A DNA stretch of 63,472 nucleotides, filler included, from Octopus bimaculoides (lineage: Eukaryota): NCBI RefSeq assembly GCF_001194135.2. It is 5 parts of 5 records of this genome, joined end to end, with 100 filler letters (N's around TTAATTAATTAA, not from the genome) between each part and the next. Parts side by side here need not be neighbours in the genome. Positions count along the whole stretch, not along the records: positions 1 to 17,891 come from NC_068981.1; 4 more parts are not named here. One strand, written 5' to 3'. Shown one piece after another: positions 1-12,480 of this stretch. The notes beneath the pieces are model-generated. The model saw only the letters and a program-made list of their open reading frames with translations. It was not told the DNA's origin and ran no database searches. Positions within the stretch are counted from its first letter, which is position 1; each line of letters starts with the position of its first letter. A program made the translations under genes and the position numbers.

Positions 1-2289
1 ATATATATATATATATATATACATATATATACACAGACACATTTACAGACATCACAAACTGTCTCTCTCACACACACAGACATCACTGGAAATTGCTCTC
101 CTATCCTTTCGCGGTATAGGAGTGCAATTTAGATGGCATATTAAACTATCATCTAAACATCATTTCTGGTGATTGTTATACACTCGAGCATAACGTCGTC
201 AAATAAAAATTGCAGTCTTAGGTGTTGGCTGAAATTCAATTTTATTCGTTAATTCCGATCATTGCTACACCGAATCTTTTTCTTAATATGTTTATTCAAA
301 CATTGTAATTAGATATATCCGTAACATGATAGCCGTGAAGTTAGTCTATTTCTAGGAGTTCGTTAGTATTTGCTCCCTTAATTTTGCATTGACTTTTAAT
401 ATGATTGCAAGGACAAAATAAATAAAACACTTGCCGTTGTTTGTAGACAGAACAGTCTGAGAGAATTTTGTTTTGCAGTGTCAATACTACATAATATTAT
501 TCAGTTATTCACCAATTGTGGTCCTTCGTAAAATAACTTGTAGTTAATCAGTTTTATTCCATCGATTTTCTAATCCATACATCTATATATTTGAGTTACA
601 CGTTTATTTTTAGATGCCAAAATATATATTTGGTATTATCTACTTGCACTTCAACAAACTGTTTTATGAAACAGAATTTACAATATAATCAACTTCTTTT
701 CTGTATATTTCACTATCCTATTCTTAATTTGCTATATAACTAGGGAAATCGTTTTATGAAAATTATATTCTAGAACACTGCTCACGGTTGCAAAACTATA
801 CATAATAATATTCTGCATAGAAATAAAAGCCAAACAGCTAATTAAGAAACCTAAACGAACCAGCAATCACAATTTTCCAAATCTAGAATAAAGAATTTCG
901 TTTCCTGATTCTATTTCTGTAAACATATTAGCTGATTGTATACCATCACAAAGCGTAGTGTCTACTTGGTTCTTGGCACTTCAATAACGTATCATTGGTT
1001 CTTATATTCCTGACTATATTAAACAAATTACTTAAATCATCTGAAAAAGAATTTTCATTTTTACTGCATAATGCAAACGTTCAGATACCTCTTTGGTATG
1101 TTCTTATATTAAAAGAAAAATGCTGCAGATATATTTACAATATTCAGACATAGTCATCTCATCTGTAAGATAGAACCATATATTTTAAATTAGTATAACC
1201 TTCTGTTACTGTGCTCTTTCAAGATCTTTTTGCCGGGCTCCGAGGATGATGAGGGAAGTTGGAGAATATTGTATGACCCAAAATGTTTCGTGTAATATAA
1301 AATCAATCCGGATGCCTGGTAAAAAAAAATGACTCAATCAGTATGATCTTTATATTAATGAACGAAATGTTGTTGTTGCTGAGCGACAGACTAAAGTACA
1401 ATGCTACAACAATATTTGTTTAGAAATTTCAACACACTCTTTCATTCACATGTTACGAGATGTTAAGCTGTATCCCAGCAAACTTAGATATCAAGCACTT
1501 TCCTTACGCTTCATATTGCGTCATTCAAACTGAGTTCTGTAGGCTCATCAAATATACTTCCATGTATAACATCAACGAAATATTTAATTCCATGTCACTA
1601 TCCCTAAGGCTCCTATTACATTTGGGATGACGGCAACTTCTCAACATTTTGTATTTTAGGTTCGGTATTTTAATTCTACCCTACATTCTTTTCCCCGCCA
1701 ACCAAATATTAAATGCGTAGGCAACATCACTTTAGCAGTGGACTCATCTTTCTTGAGTATGACGATATTTGAGTGCGAACGTTCACTGTGCCTATCTATT
1801 TCAGTGTTCATGTCACATAGTACCTGAACAACTATAGGTCTTCGAATATGTGGTCATTGTTACGTCAATAGTTTTATGCCATAGTCGATTAGCGTTGGAC
1901 AAGAGCAGTGTTCTGAGAGCAATTCTGGGCGCGGAGGTTCATCGCCGGAACGGCCTATGATGGGAAACTTTTACCCTGGAAAAATGAATAGCAAGAAAAT
2001 GTTGTCAAAGAATGATTAGGGAGCAATCGCGATTTAGAATAAAATAAAGATAAATGCTTGTCACGTGGCTAAACCTCTCCGTGAGATACATGGAGCATCA
2101 ATGCAGCACTGTTCTATATGCAATCATTAGGTGTTCGGGTATTTGTGACTTTTCGATGCATGTCGAAAAGCTTTTGTAAATATAACAAGTTAAGCTCTTA
2201 GTTGAGATCACAAAGGAGATCATCCCAACATGTTTCTTTGACTTTGAAAAGAAGAGATTTCTTCGATTCCTTGGTGTTTATCGAGAATG

Positions 2290-2520
2290 ATATTTTCTGG
2301 TGAAATAAATTAAAAGGAATGGAAACACATAAGTTTCGTTACAGCTAAACCCTTGTTAGCCTTATTCAAGTCCTACTTTGTAGAGAAGCATGTCGGTTAC
2401 GAAAATGAGGTGCTCTCGTTCATAAACTTGCTAACAAGTAGGTGACAGTGGTGAGAGGTTCTCGGGCCCCGCTCTTATTGTAGGTTCTACTCCAGAGATC
2501 ATGGATAGGAGAGGATATAT
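2290..2520 (+). mobile_element. Possible degenerate L1/Tx1-clade LINE ORF2 3' remnant
   Basis: Translates as LLALFKSYFVEKHVGYENEVLSF... Shares aatgaggtgctctcgttc with aatgaggtccactcgttt in the minus-strand remnant near 37.1 kb. Clade assignment rests on weak recalled similarity. Confidence 0.22.
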
Positions 2521-2887
2521 TGCAATTGTTTTCCACATAAAACATGTATCTATGGTTCTTTGCTGTCTTTGTATTAGAATGTCATTTGCTATATTTTGTG
2601 TTATTGTATTCCACAGCTAATTTGTTTTTATATATAATAGATTTTGTATTAAACCAATTGTTTCGGCATTGTCTTCTTGTCTTCCTTATAGTAAATGGAG
2701 AAAAGTGGAAGAACAGAATGACACTAAATATCAGAAAAGAAATGCATAAAAACAGGAGTGAAAAAGAAAACGTCAATAACGAATGAAAGCAAAAGAAATA
2801 AATTATTACCAGAAAAAAAAAAGAATTAAAAAAACAAAGAAATCAGGAAGAATGAATGAATGTGTGAAGGAAGAAATGAATGAATGA

Positions 2888-2956
2888 AAGAAGAAGAAGA
2901 AGAAGAAGAAGAAGAAGAAGAAGAAGAAGAAGAAGAAGAAGAAGAAGAAGAAGAAG
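2888..2956. repeat. (AAG)n microsatellite
   Basis: Uninterrupted AAG array seen directly. Confidence 0.97.
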
Positions 2957-4230
2957 GTAGAAGCACAAGAAAAATATTAAATGTGTCTGGAGAATAAGAA
3001 ATAAACAAATATATAAAAAATTAAAATAAAATAGCATAAAACTAAAATAAGTTAAATTAACATTATCATTGTTGCTATAACATCAAGAATGGTATCAATA
3101 AATAGAATCAATGCAGTAGTAGTAGTAGTAGTGGTGGTGGTGGTGATGGTGGTGGTGGTAGTAGTAGTAGTAGTTGTAGTAATAGTAGTAGTAGTTATTG
3201 TTGTTATATTATGATAACTTCATTTTTCCGTTATCGTTCATTGTTAATACTACCCCCTTTTCATCCCCTTTCATCAGCAGTCATTAATATCATACATCAG
3301 TAATATTTTCAAAGGCAAACATATTTATTGATCCTTGTAGCAAAGTCAAGATGTCGTTTATAGAAATCCGATACCAGCCATATGCTTCTATAATTATTCG
3401 CAGTTGCATCAATGTACAATCCATTTGATATCTACAACGAGAATCGAATTCAGAAACTAATGCCTACATTGTTTGTTAATCAATGTAAAATATGGCTGGT
3501 TAACTGTCTTTGTGAAGGCTGGAACAAATATGACAATTATTGTACAATCGTATTACGGATCATGGTTCGTCAGGTTCTGCATATTTCCTGTGAATGATAG
3601 AGATAGCAGAGTGATAGGAAATAAGTTCTTCACAGTACATGACAATATAGAAACAAACACAATTATATCATATGTAACTGATAAGCATTGGAACATACAT
3701 ACACACACACGCACTCACATACACGCACATATATAGTGATAAATATAACGTTTCTTTTTCTACTATCACGCTAACAAAAATAGAGTAGAAGTTATAAGAC
3801 TATAAAGGCAACGGGGAGTGTGTAATGTCAGACGTGAGATGAACGTCACAGATAGTATAAGATGTTTATCATGCAGCCCTGGCTGGCAAACAAGAAAAGA
3901 GTGAATGAATAAATAAGCCAATGCAAATGAGTAGGCTGGTGTAAGATGTTAGCCTTATGTCGTTTTAATATTCTGATAAAATTATTGTGTGAAAAATAAT
4001 TCTGCGATAATGATAATTATATGTAAATATTTCAGTGTTTGTAACTATTACTTTTATATTTTTATAGATATAGTATCAAGATTTTTGATCTAAATTTTAT
4101 AAGCATAATTAAAGTGATTCTATTGATTTACACTTAACAGCCTTTCTTAGGAGAAGAAGACGACTCAATTATTTCCGTGCTTTAAATACATTAGTCAATG
4201 TTAAAATTAAGTTTAAAAAGCAGCTACGAT

Positions 4231-4607
4231 AGGCGCAGGCGTGTCTGTGTGGAGTGGTACGACGTTGGCTTCCCAACGACATGTTAACGAATTAATTCCC
4301 ACAGCATCGTCTCAGGCCGACCAAAGCCTTGTGAGTATATTTGGTAGACGGAAACTGAAAGAAGCCCGTCGTGTGTGTCTGCGTGTGTGTATTCATGTCT
4401 GTATTTGTCACCACCACCCCATGAAAACCGGTGTTTGTGTGTTTACGTCCCCGTAAATAAGCGTTTGGGCAAAAGAGCCCGATACAATGAGTACTTGGCT
4501 TAGAATGAAAATACGTAATGGGATCGATTCTTTCGACTAAAATTCCTCAAGGAGGCGCCCCTGCATTACTGCAGTTTAATGCATGAAACAAGTAAACGAT
4601 GAAAGAT
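4231..4607 (+). mobile_element. tRNA-derived SINE (octopus-type), diverged copy
   Basis: Head aggcgcaggcgtgtctgtgtgg, body ggccgaccaaagccttgtgag...gacggaaactgaaagaagcccgtcg, tail ...gaaacaagtaaacgatgaaag. Collinear with the reverse complement of 4871-5245. Confidence 0.85.
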
Positions 4608-4870
4608 AGATAAATGGACAATGTGTAAATACAGAACACATTAATTCCTACCCATTTAATTTATCCATTAAGATCTCTGGTAGCGTAATATATTTGACAT
4701 GTTGGTAAACATTGCTCTACATTTTGTCCACCTGACGAAGATATTACTCTAACTTCACAGAACTATAAATAGTACGTGAATCATGTGTCTGAATATTTAA
4801 ATGTCAACCATACTTAATTTTCTAGCTTGTGGATTAACAGTACGGTAGGGAGTAGTCGTGTGTCTCCAGT

Positions 4871-5245
4871 TACTCTTTACTCTCTTTTACTCTTCTACTT
4901 GTTTCAGTCATTTGACTGCGGCCATGCTGGAGCACCACCTTTAGTCGAGAAAATCGACCTCAGGACTTATTCTTTGTAAGCCTAGTACTTATTCTATCGT
5001 TCTCTTTTGCCGAACCGCTAGATTACGGGGACATAAACACACCAGCATCGGTTGTGAAGCGATGCTGGGGGGACAAACCCACACACATATATATACGACG
5101 GGCTTTTTTCCGTTTCCGTCTAAAAGCTTTGGTCGGCCCGAGGCTATAGTAGAAGAAACTTGCCCAAGGTGCTACGCAGTGGAACTGAACCCAGAACCGT
5201 GTGGTTGGTAAGCAAGCTACTTACCACACAGCCACTCCTGCGCCT
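4871..5245 (-). mobile_element. tRNA-derived SINE, near full length
   Basis: Minus strand reads AGGCGCAGGAGTGGCTGTGTGGTAAG (A-box-like) and GGGTTCAGTTCCACT (B-box-like), and ends GGTGCTCCAGCATGGCCGCAGTCAAATGACTGAAACAAG plus short AAAGAGT-like repeats. Confidence 0.92.
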
Positions 5246-6911
5246 ATTTAATCATATTTCCTAAAACAGTTTCATGATTTTAATTCCATAAAATTTATGT
5301 TTTTTTTTTAGTCTGCAATCGTCTTCAAATATCAAATTCTAAAGTTTTTAAATCCAGCAAAATATTGCCACAAGTTTGTGAATTATTGGTTTAAAACACG
5401 AAAGCAAATATAACGCTTTCAAATATTATGTTTGGAGTTCAAACGCCGTTCACAAATATCTAGATATATTAAAGAATCGTTTACCTGAAGGTGATCGGTA
5501 AATATTCAGATCAAATAAATATTGAAAACAGATATATGAAAGAAGTGAAATTTAGAAAGAAAATACACAACTACAATCAAATTCTCCGTGTGCTTCTACC
5601 TCATATCTGATATAGAAACTTTAATGTGAATAACTTTCATCATATTTCCTCATTCACCTGATATATTTTCCTGAGTTTAATATTTCCTTGCTGTTGACGA
5701 TACTTTCTCTTTGTAAAGAGCGTTTATATATTCTAGACTTATACTAATGTATTCACTAATGCTAACAAAATGAGTGAAAGCCGATGAAAACTGATAATAT
5801 TCGAAACAGAGAATCTACAGACAGAGACTTCATGCTAACAATCTACTAGTGAACTAGAATATTTCTTTTAATACACTTACGTTATGAGGTAAAATGCATG
5901 TTACCGCGTAAGAATATTCCTGTACACACTAGTATTTAACTTCCTGATAAATCATTCCATGCATTCATAATCTTCCTATATTCTAATCATACTTTCATTC
6001 TTCTTTGAAAATTATATTATTTAGTGTTCTATAACGAACTTGCTTCTAAATTCGGTAACGTATTAATATTTCTGAACAACTTAAATATGTATTCCATATA
6101 GTAATATGCAATTTTTCATAACAAATTTTAATGATGTCTCTCAGTAAAAGTTTTCCATATAATTTCATGATATGGAAATGAAAGATAATTTTCTATGTAA
6201 CGTATTTATTTCTGAATATCTTTACCTTTCTCATTGTGTCATATTACGTGTAGATAGTATTTTATTTGGGAACAATATGTTCAAAGTTATAATTAAATAT
6301 TCAATGACACAGTGTGTATATTTATAATATTCCTTGATACATCAATGTACATACATGATATATATAGAAGTATTTAGTATCAGTATTTGATATAGAAGTA
6401 TTTTGCACATTTCTATGCAAGTGTATTATGTGTGCATTTGACAGGCTGGGAGATTATAAATATATATTTTTACTATTGATTCTGTACAGTTTCAGCTTTA
6501 TTTCAATGTTATTTCGACGGCTTCACTAAAATTGCTGCAAACGTCTTCAACATCACATGATGACTTCTTTCTGTCCATTGCCAATCTGTGGGGATTATTT
6601 TTATTAAGGAAGGAATAACTTGTCAAAGAAGTATTTTACGCTTTGAGACCAAGTATGCTGCCGTGTAAAATAACCACTGTTTTCTCGTACCGAGGTAGTT
6701 TACTTGTGCCAAGCATCTACATCTACATCATATCTCACGCTACTGTCTTACATAAAAATCCTAGTGTGTAATGGGGACATAAATGCAAGCAAACTTAAAA
6801 TGGTCATTCTTGGAACGACTCTGCTTGACAGCAAGAACCGTGAGTACTAATTAGATCAAAGTAAGAATAAAATCTCTATTTTCGCTTAACGTACATCATC
6901 ATCAGCAGCAG

Positions 6912-6942
<31 letters not shown>

Positions 6943-7034
6943 TATCATCATCATCGTTGTCGTCGTCGTTGTTTCATCGTCTGTGTCCTTATTATCCACC
7001 TCCATTTCATCATCATCATCATAACTATCATCAG

Positions 7035-7173
7035 CTAATCCATCTGGATAGAATTTAGTAAATCTTTCGACATGTAAATGCCATTTCCGACCACAGTTAG
7101 ATGATCAGAGGTGTTCAGTTTCGGAACCAGGTTAACCTTGTCAACGTCATAGATATTAATGTCTTCAAACAGC
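7035..7173 (-). CDS. Candidate terminal coding exon of an unidentified gene: (R)LFEDINIYDVDKVNLVPKLNTSDHLTVVGNGIYMSKDLLNSIQMD*
   Basis: Good acceptor cttctctctttttacag|G (phase 2). 45 open, non-repetitive codons to TAG at 7035-7037, followed by UTR-like microsatellites. No family recognised. Confidence 0.55.
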
Positions 7174-7633
7174 CTGTAAAAAGAGAGAAGTTGTCAAGTT
7201 GAACACTGTTTTAAATATATAGATTTCATTTTACGTTATAAAGAGGCTCGCATTACGATGAACATTTAAAGGTCACATTTTGTGGCTCGCAATAATATAT
7301 ATTAGTCTTGAAAATCTAATGTATAGAACATGGCAGAAAAGATACACAGAGATTACGCATTATTAACATTAATTTTGCATACAAAAGCTTTATAAGAATC
7401 CAGATAGTTAATAAGTAATAGTTTATATAGAATATCATTTACTTCAAACTTTAAAATTAAGCAGGATAAAATACAAATGAATCGAATTTTCTAAAACGTT
7501 TTACCATGCTTAACATACATGTTTCGAAAGTTCAGACCATTTTAGACGCAAGTATGGTTGAATAACGTTTTGCATACTTCTAACATTTTCCAACTAGTCT
7601 ATATGAGGTACACCATTTTTATTTGATTATACG

Positions 7634-7709
<76 letters not shown>

Positions 7710-10700
7710 ATGGCGGTGGGAATAGAACAGAAGTAAATCGAAGACATTTCAATTTACGAGGGAATTTAATAAAAAATTATTTAAAAGTTATAGAAAAGAT
7801 ATTACCGGTTTCCATGTATCGCATCTTATCAAATATCAGTAAAAATTTATAAGAATTTGAAGTGAAAACAATTTATCTTCTGACTGGAGGGTGAAGAACA
7901 TGTCTGAAGATTTTTCACTGAAGTCTTCTTTAAATAGATAGTTTGGTATTGAGTTCAAAGTGTTAGAGAGTGAGCGAAGGGGTGCCAATTGTCTAACAGA
8001 AATCTTTGTGTGTGTTTGTCAAAGGAATGGCTAAAAAGCATTTCTTGAATGGGTTTTATGTCCACCTATGTGAGTATGTATGTGTGTACTGTTTAATGTC
8101 CTTTCAAATATACATATATATATATAACTGCAAATGTGCCGCCGTGACGCTGTGATGCTATGGTGCTGTGATGCTGTAGCATTGTGGGACTGTGTGGTGA
8201 GGAATTTGTTTCCCAATCACACGAAACCACATGGTTGCAAAGCTAGCTTCTTTAACACATGACCATGCCTGGAAAAGTATTATGATTAATTCCTAAAGTT
8301 TATGCAAGAAATTTCATGTTTAAACATGAGCTTTAGATTAAAAATGTTAAAGTTCCGGAGGAAATACCTTCAACTGTTTTGCTTTATGCTTTTTACATTT
8401 ACATTTCAAATGTCTTTTACTTTTAAATCACTGTATCCATATAATAAATGCCAGTAAATCACTGGAGTTTATTAGACTGACTGCAAAACTTTTCAAAAAT
8501 GCTTGGCTTTATTCCATCTTAAGAAAATTGTACAACTGTTGTATGCAATACCATTACGTAATATATCTGCTATTGAATTCCTTCTCTCTCTCTCTTTCTC
8601 TCCCTAAATATCAGTATATAACGCTGTTTTCCTGAAATATCTGCGTGCTGCGTCTTCCGAAGAACTGAGGAAATTAAATATTGAAATAATAAGCTTTATT
8701 TTCCTTTTACTTATTCGAGAATCAACCTCAGGCAGGGACCAATGGTAATTTCCAAGACTGGAAATAAGGATAGGCCGTATAGTTTGTAACTTAAGATATT
8801 ATTACTGAAACTGGACATGGAGATCAGAAAGGATTCATATTTGACGTAATTTCAGGATTGGTGTAAACTATATTTTGTGAAAAAAAATTCGAGATTGGCA
8901 AACGAATGAGAACACGTAAGACCTTCAGGAAGGTCGGACTCACCGAACTAACATGACATTTTCCACAACTGAATAATTAAGTGATATTATTTATCAGTTT
9001 CTACCTCAGGCCTCAAACCACATATTGCGAGAAAATTGATCAAATGATTAAGTTGATATGAATCCTATTACATGAATGATATATTTATATCGATCAAAAG
9101 CGTAGAGTCTGTTTCGGCGTTGTTCGAACTCAGAACGTTATGCTACTACACTAAAAACCACAAATCCGATGTTCTACCACTTTTTGATATCCACCACTCT
9201 TGGTGACATTAATTATTAAGCTACAGTAAGTGTTGTTCGAAATGTTTATGCAGTAAAATTACATTAGAATAATTATTGATTTCTTACATTAGTAGAAATC
9301 ATACAACCGAAATAATCACGGTGACATACGCGTGAATTCGTGTTTAGAACCAGATTAGACGAAAAGTAGTTATGTATTTCAAAAGTAGTTGGAATATTAT
9401 GTGTTCACGTATTACTGAATATGGTGAGTGGCGTTAGTGAAGTGAAACCTTGAAATCCAAACTTGCAATAATTAATAGTGTTATACAGCAACATTTACAA
9501 AGAAGGCAATTGTACTGACATAATTTTCAGGACCATAACTATTGGACGGGAAATACATTGTTTAATAGATTCAGTCAAAATACTTAAAATCCACTCTAGA
9601 TAACAAATATCGCAGTAGGGTGTATAGGTCTAGTGTAAAGAAATAGCGCAATATATTTGTCGGGTGCTGTTTCGACTTCTTTTATAAAGTAATACATGCT
9701 AATTTCCATCAAATGCACGAAGCTTATTCCTAATTATTGGCTAGAAGGAACAAACGATTAGATTAATGACAATTAACAAACATTTGTCGCTCTGCAACCA
9801 TCATTTTCTGCTCGTCAGGGTAAATATTAAATTGACCTTTACGAGATCAGAGTTTAATAAATACCTAACGTAATGCCGACATGTATTTTGTTATGCATTT
9901 GAAAGATTCAGTAACCGTTTTTCGAAGTTAATATTGGTTAGATACATTGGCACATGACCAGCAATTTTAAAGGGGATGGAAGCACTCCATTGCTCAAATG
10001 GTATTTATGTTATTCACTCCTGAAAGAGGAAAAGTAAAGTTGATGTCGATGGAATTTGAGCTCAGAACATACAGAGGGGCGAAATGCTGTTAGGGATTTC
10101 GCCTGGCGTACGAACAGATATTGCCAGCTCGCCATTAATATCAAAATATGTTCTGAGTAAAATACTTTAGTGAAAATGACAAAAAATAGTATATAGTTGA
10201 TATTCATGTAATTTAACTCTGATCCAGGAAATTAATGACACGCAAATAACCGAATAAGAATAATAGCCATACAACCATCGCGATGAGGAACATTATAGAG
10301 GAGATATGAAGAACTGAATATATAGAGTAAGGCATTATAATATTGACATGTGGTACACTCTCTGTGGTAAAGTCTATGCTGGTACGCTCACAAGATTCTA
10401 CTGATGTCGCCACGTAGGTGACAAAGATGCACAAGTTAGTGACCTAGGAGGGTCATGATGAAAGACCTATATCTGAGTATGTGACTGTATGATTTTGTTT
10501 TGGTTTTCACATAAAAATATAAAATAAATCAAGTCAAACATGAAAATTGGGGAGGGAGGTCAGTGCACTTGACTTGTTACAGGGTGCCGGAAACTGACTG
10601 GAAGACGGAAGATATCCTCAAACCGGAAACTTGGCCCGAATGCTTACAACATCCGAAATGCCAGTTGGTGGTGATAAATGGGGCGATGGATTAAGTCACC

Positions 10701-11040
10701 ACCCGAGAAAGCAATTTCGAGATTTGAGCATAGAATGCAAAAAGCTAGAATAAATAAAACAAAGCAACTAGTCCACCGTTCTTACAGTGCTGCTATTCCA
10801 CCATTTTGGATTGATATGCTTTTTATCGAGCCCAAAAAATGAAAATCAGCAAGAGCCGCGATAGGCTTTTAATATAGACAGCTGAGAGTCGAAGCAAGTA
10901 ACAGAAAGCAGTCATTGGGTGATTGAAATGTAACTCACTAGTTTTAAATACTGATAAATTATTTATTTGTGTAATTATTTTTATTGGATATGAGACGAAA
11001 GCTTTTAGTATGAGGTTTTATTTAAAATTCAATATGGACC

Positions 11041-11272
11041 CCAGAGTCACATAGGAATTGCGTCAACTGATTTCACCAGATAATATTGTGGGATAGGTGA
11101 AGACATAACTTCTCGTATCCGCCCTTCAAGTTCTCCCAAAGTCTTTGGTTTGTTACAGTAGTCTTGTTCACTTAACGAGCCTCAAAGAAAGAAGTCACAG
11201 GTTGATAAGTCGGATCTCCTAGATAGCTACTCTCGTGGACCACAAAGACCCACTCATTTCCTGGGGTAGTGG
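11041..11272 (-). mobile_element. Tc1/mariner transposase C-terminal remnant
   Basis: Minus strand gives RSDLSTCDFFL*GSL...NKPKTLGELEGRIREVMSS, matching the RSPDLTPCDFFLWG..K...Y..KP.TL.EL motif, with stops and frameshifts. Confidence 0.8.
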
Positions 11273-11419
11273 GTAATCAGGCATTCGAAACGACAAGAGC
11301 AATACGATTACAGATTTAGTTCTCATACTTCAAGAAGCAAACACATACAATTTGAAAAAGAATTGCAATAAATAAATAATTCATAAGAATTTTAAAATAG
11401 AGAGTTACTTTCCAATCAT

Positions 11420-11610
11420 ACTGTATATTCGCCGTGTTGGACCACAGAAAACACGTATTTTCTTTTTTTCTTTTTTTTTTCTTTTCATCATTCCCTCTCA
11501 ATTTATTCCCTCTTATTCCTTTCTGCCGAAGAGCGTAGGATTGAAACGTAAAAGACTTTCCCATTTTTTCCGAGCATCAAATTAATAGACTTGCTTGTTG
11601 TTCCTATACC
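11420..11610 (+). mobile_element. Probable Penelope-like element terminal (pLTR) fragment with degenerate hammerhead-like motif
   Basis: ctgccgaagagcgtaggattgaaacgtaaaag at 11523-11554. Similar to 53200-53380. Both abut (TA)n and a gap. Confidence 0.45.
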
Positions 11611-11613
11611 TCA

Positions 11614-11646
<33 letters not shown>

Positions 11647-12179
11647 NNNNNNNNNNNNNNNNNNNNNNNNNNNNNNNNNNNNNNNNNNNNNNNNNNNNNN
11701 NNNNNNNNNNNNNNNNNNNNNNNNNNNNNNNNNNNNNNNNNNNNNNNNNNNNNNNNNNNNNNNNNNNNNNNNNNNNNNNNNNNNNNNNNNNNNNNNNNNN
11801 NNNNNNNNNNNNNNNNNNNNNNNNNNNNNNNNNNNNNNNNNNNNNNNNNNNNNNNNNNNNNNNNNNNNNNNNNNNNNNNNNNNNNNNNNNNNNNNNNNNN
11901 NNNNNNNNNNNNNNNNNNNNNNNNNNNNNNNNNNNNNNNNNNNNNNNNNNNNNNNNNNNNNNNNNNNNNNNNNNNNNNNNNNNNNNNNNNNNNNNNNNNN
12001 NNNNNNNNNNNNNNNNNNNNNNNNNNNNNNNNNNNNNNNNNNNNNNNNNNNNNNNNNNNNNNNNNNNNNNNNNNNNNNNNNNNNNNNNNNNNNNNNNNNN
12101 NNNNNNNNNNNNNNNNNNNNNNNNNNNNNNNNNNNNNNNNNNNNNNNNNNNNNNNNNNNNNNNNNNNNNTCAAAAACAC

Positions 12180-12480
12180 AATAACAAAAAAACAAAAAAA
12201 CAACAAAGTGAGGACGTGATATGGATAGTATTATTGGACGCTCAGGAAAGGAAAGAGAGAGTGTATGACGTTTCGGGCGTAGCCCTTCGTCGGAAAGATG
12301 GAAAGTTCGGAGAATGGAAGAACGGAGAAAGAGGAAAATGGTACCGATGCCCACGTATATATATAAGAGGATGTAGAATAGATATCTCATGCTATGGGTG
12401 GTTTGAACATGTGATTTGTGTACAGAATGTGATAACATATGATTTCTTTCGTTTCTTCTTTCCATTTGAAATGCATTGAA
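12180..12480 (-). mobile_element. Probable Penelope-like element terminal fragment with hammerhead-like motif
   Basis: Minus strand 12293-12267 reads CCGACGA-A-GGGC-TAC-GCCC-GAAA-CGTC within a pyrimidine-rich context. Confidence 0.45.

Noticed and set aside
11591-12479. Long ORFs of 190-340 aa in the track (also 28762-29501, 53267-54295, 57957-58919)
   Set aside because: They are open only because they run through N gaps and (TA)n.
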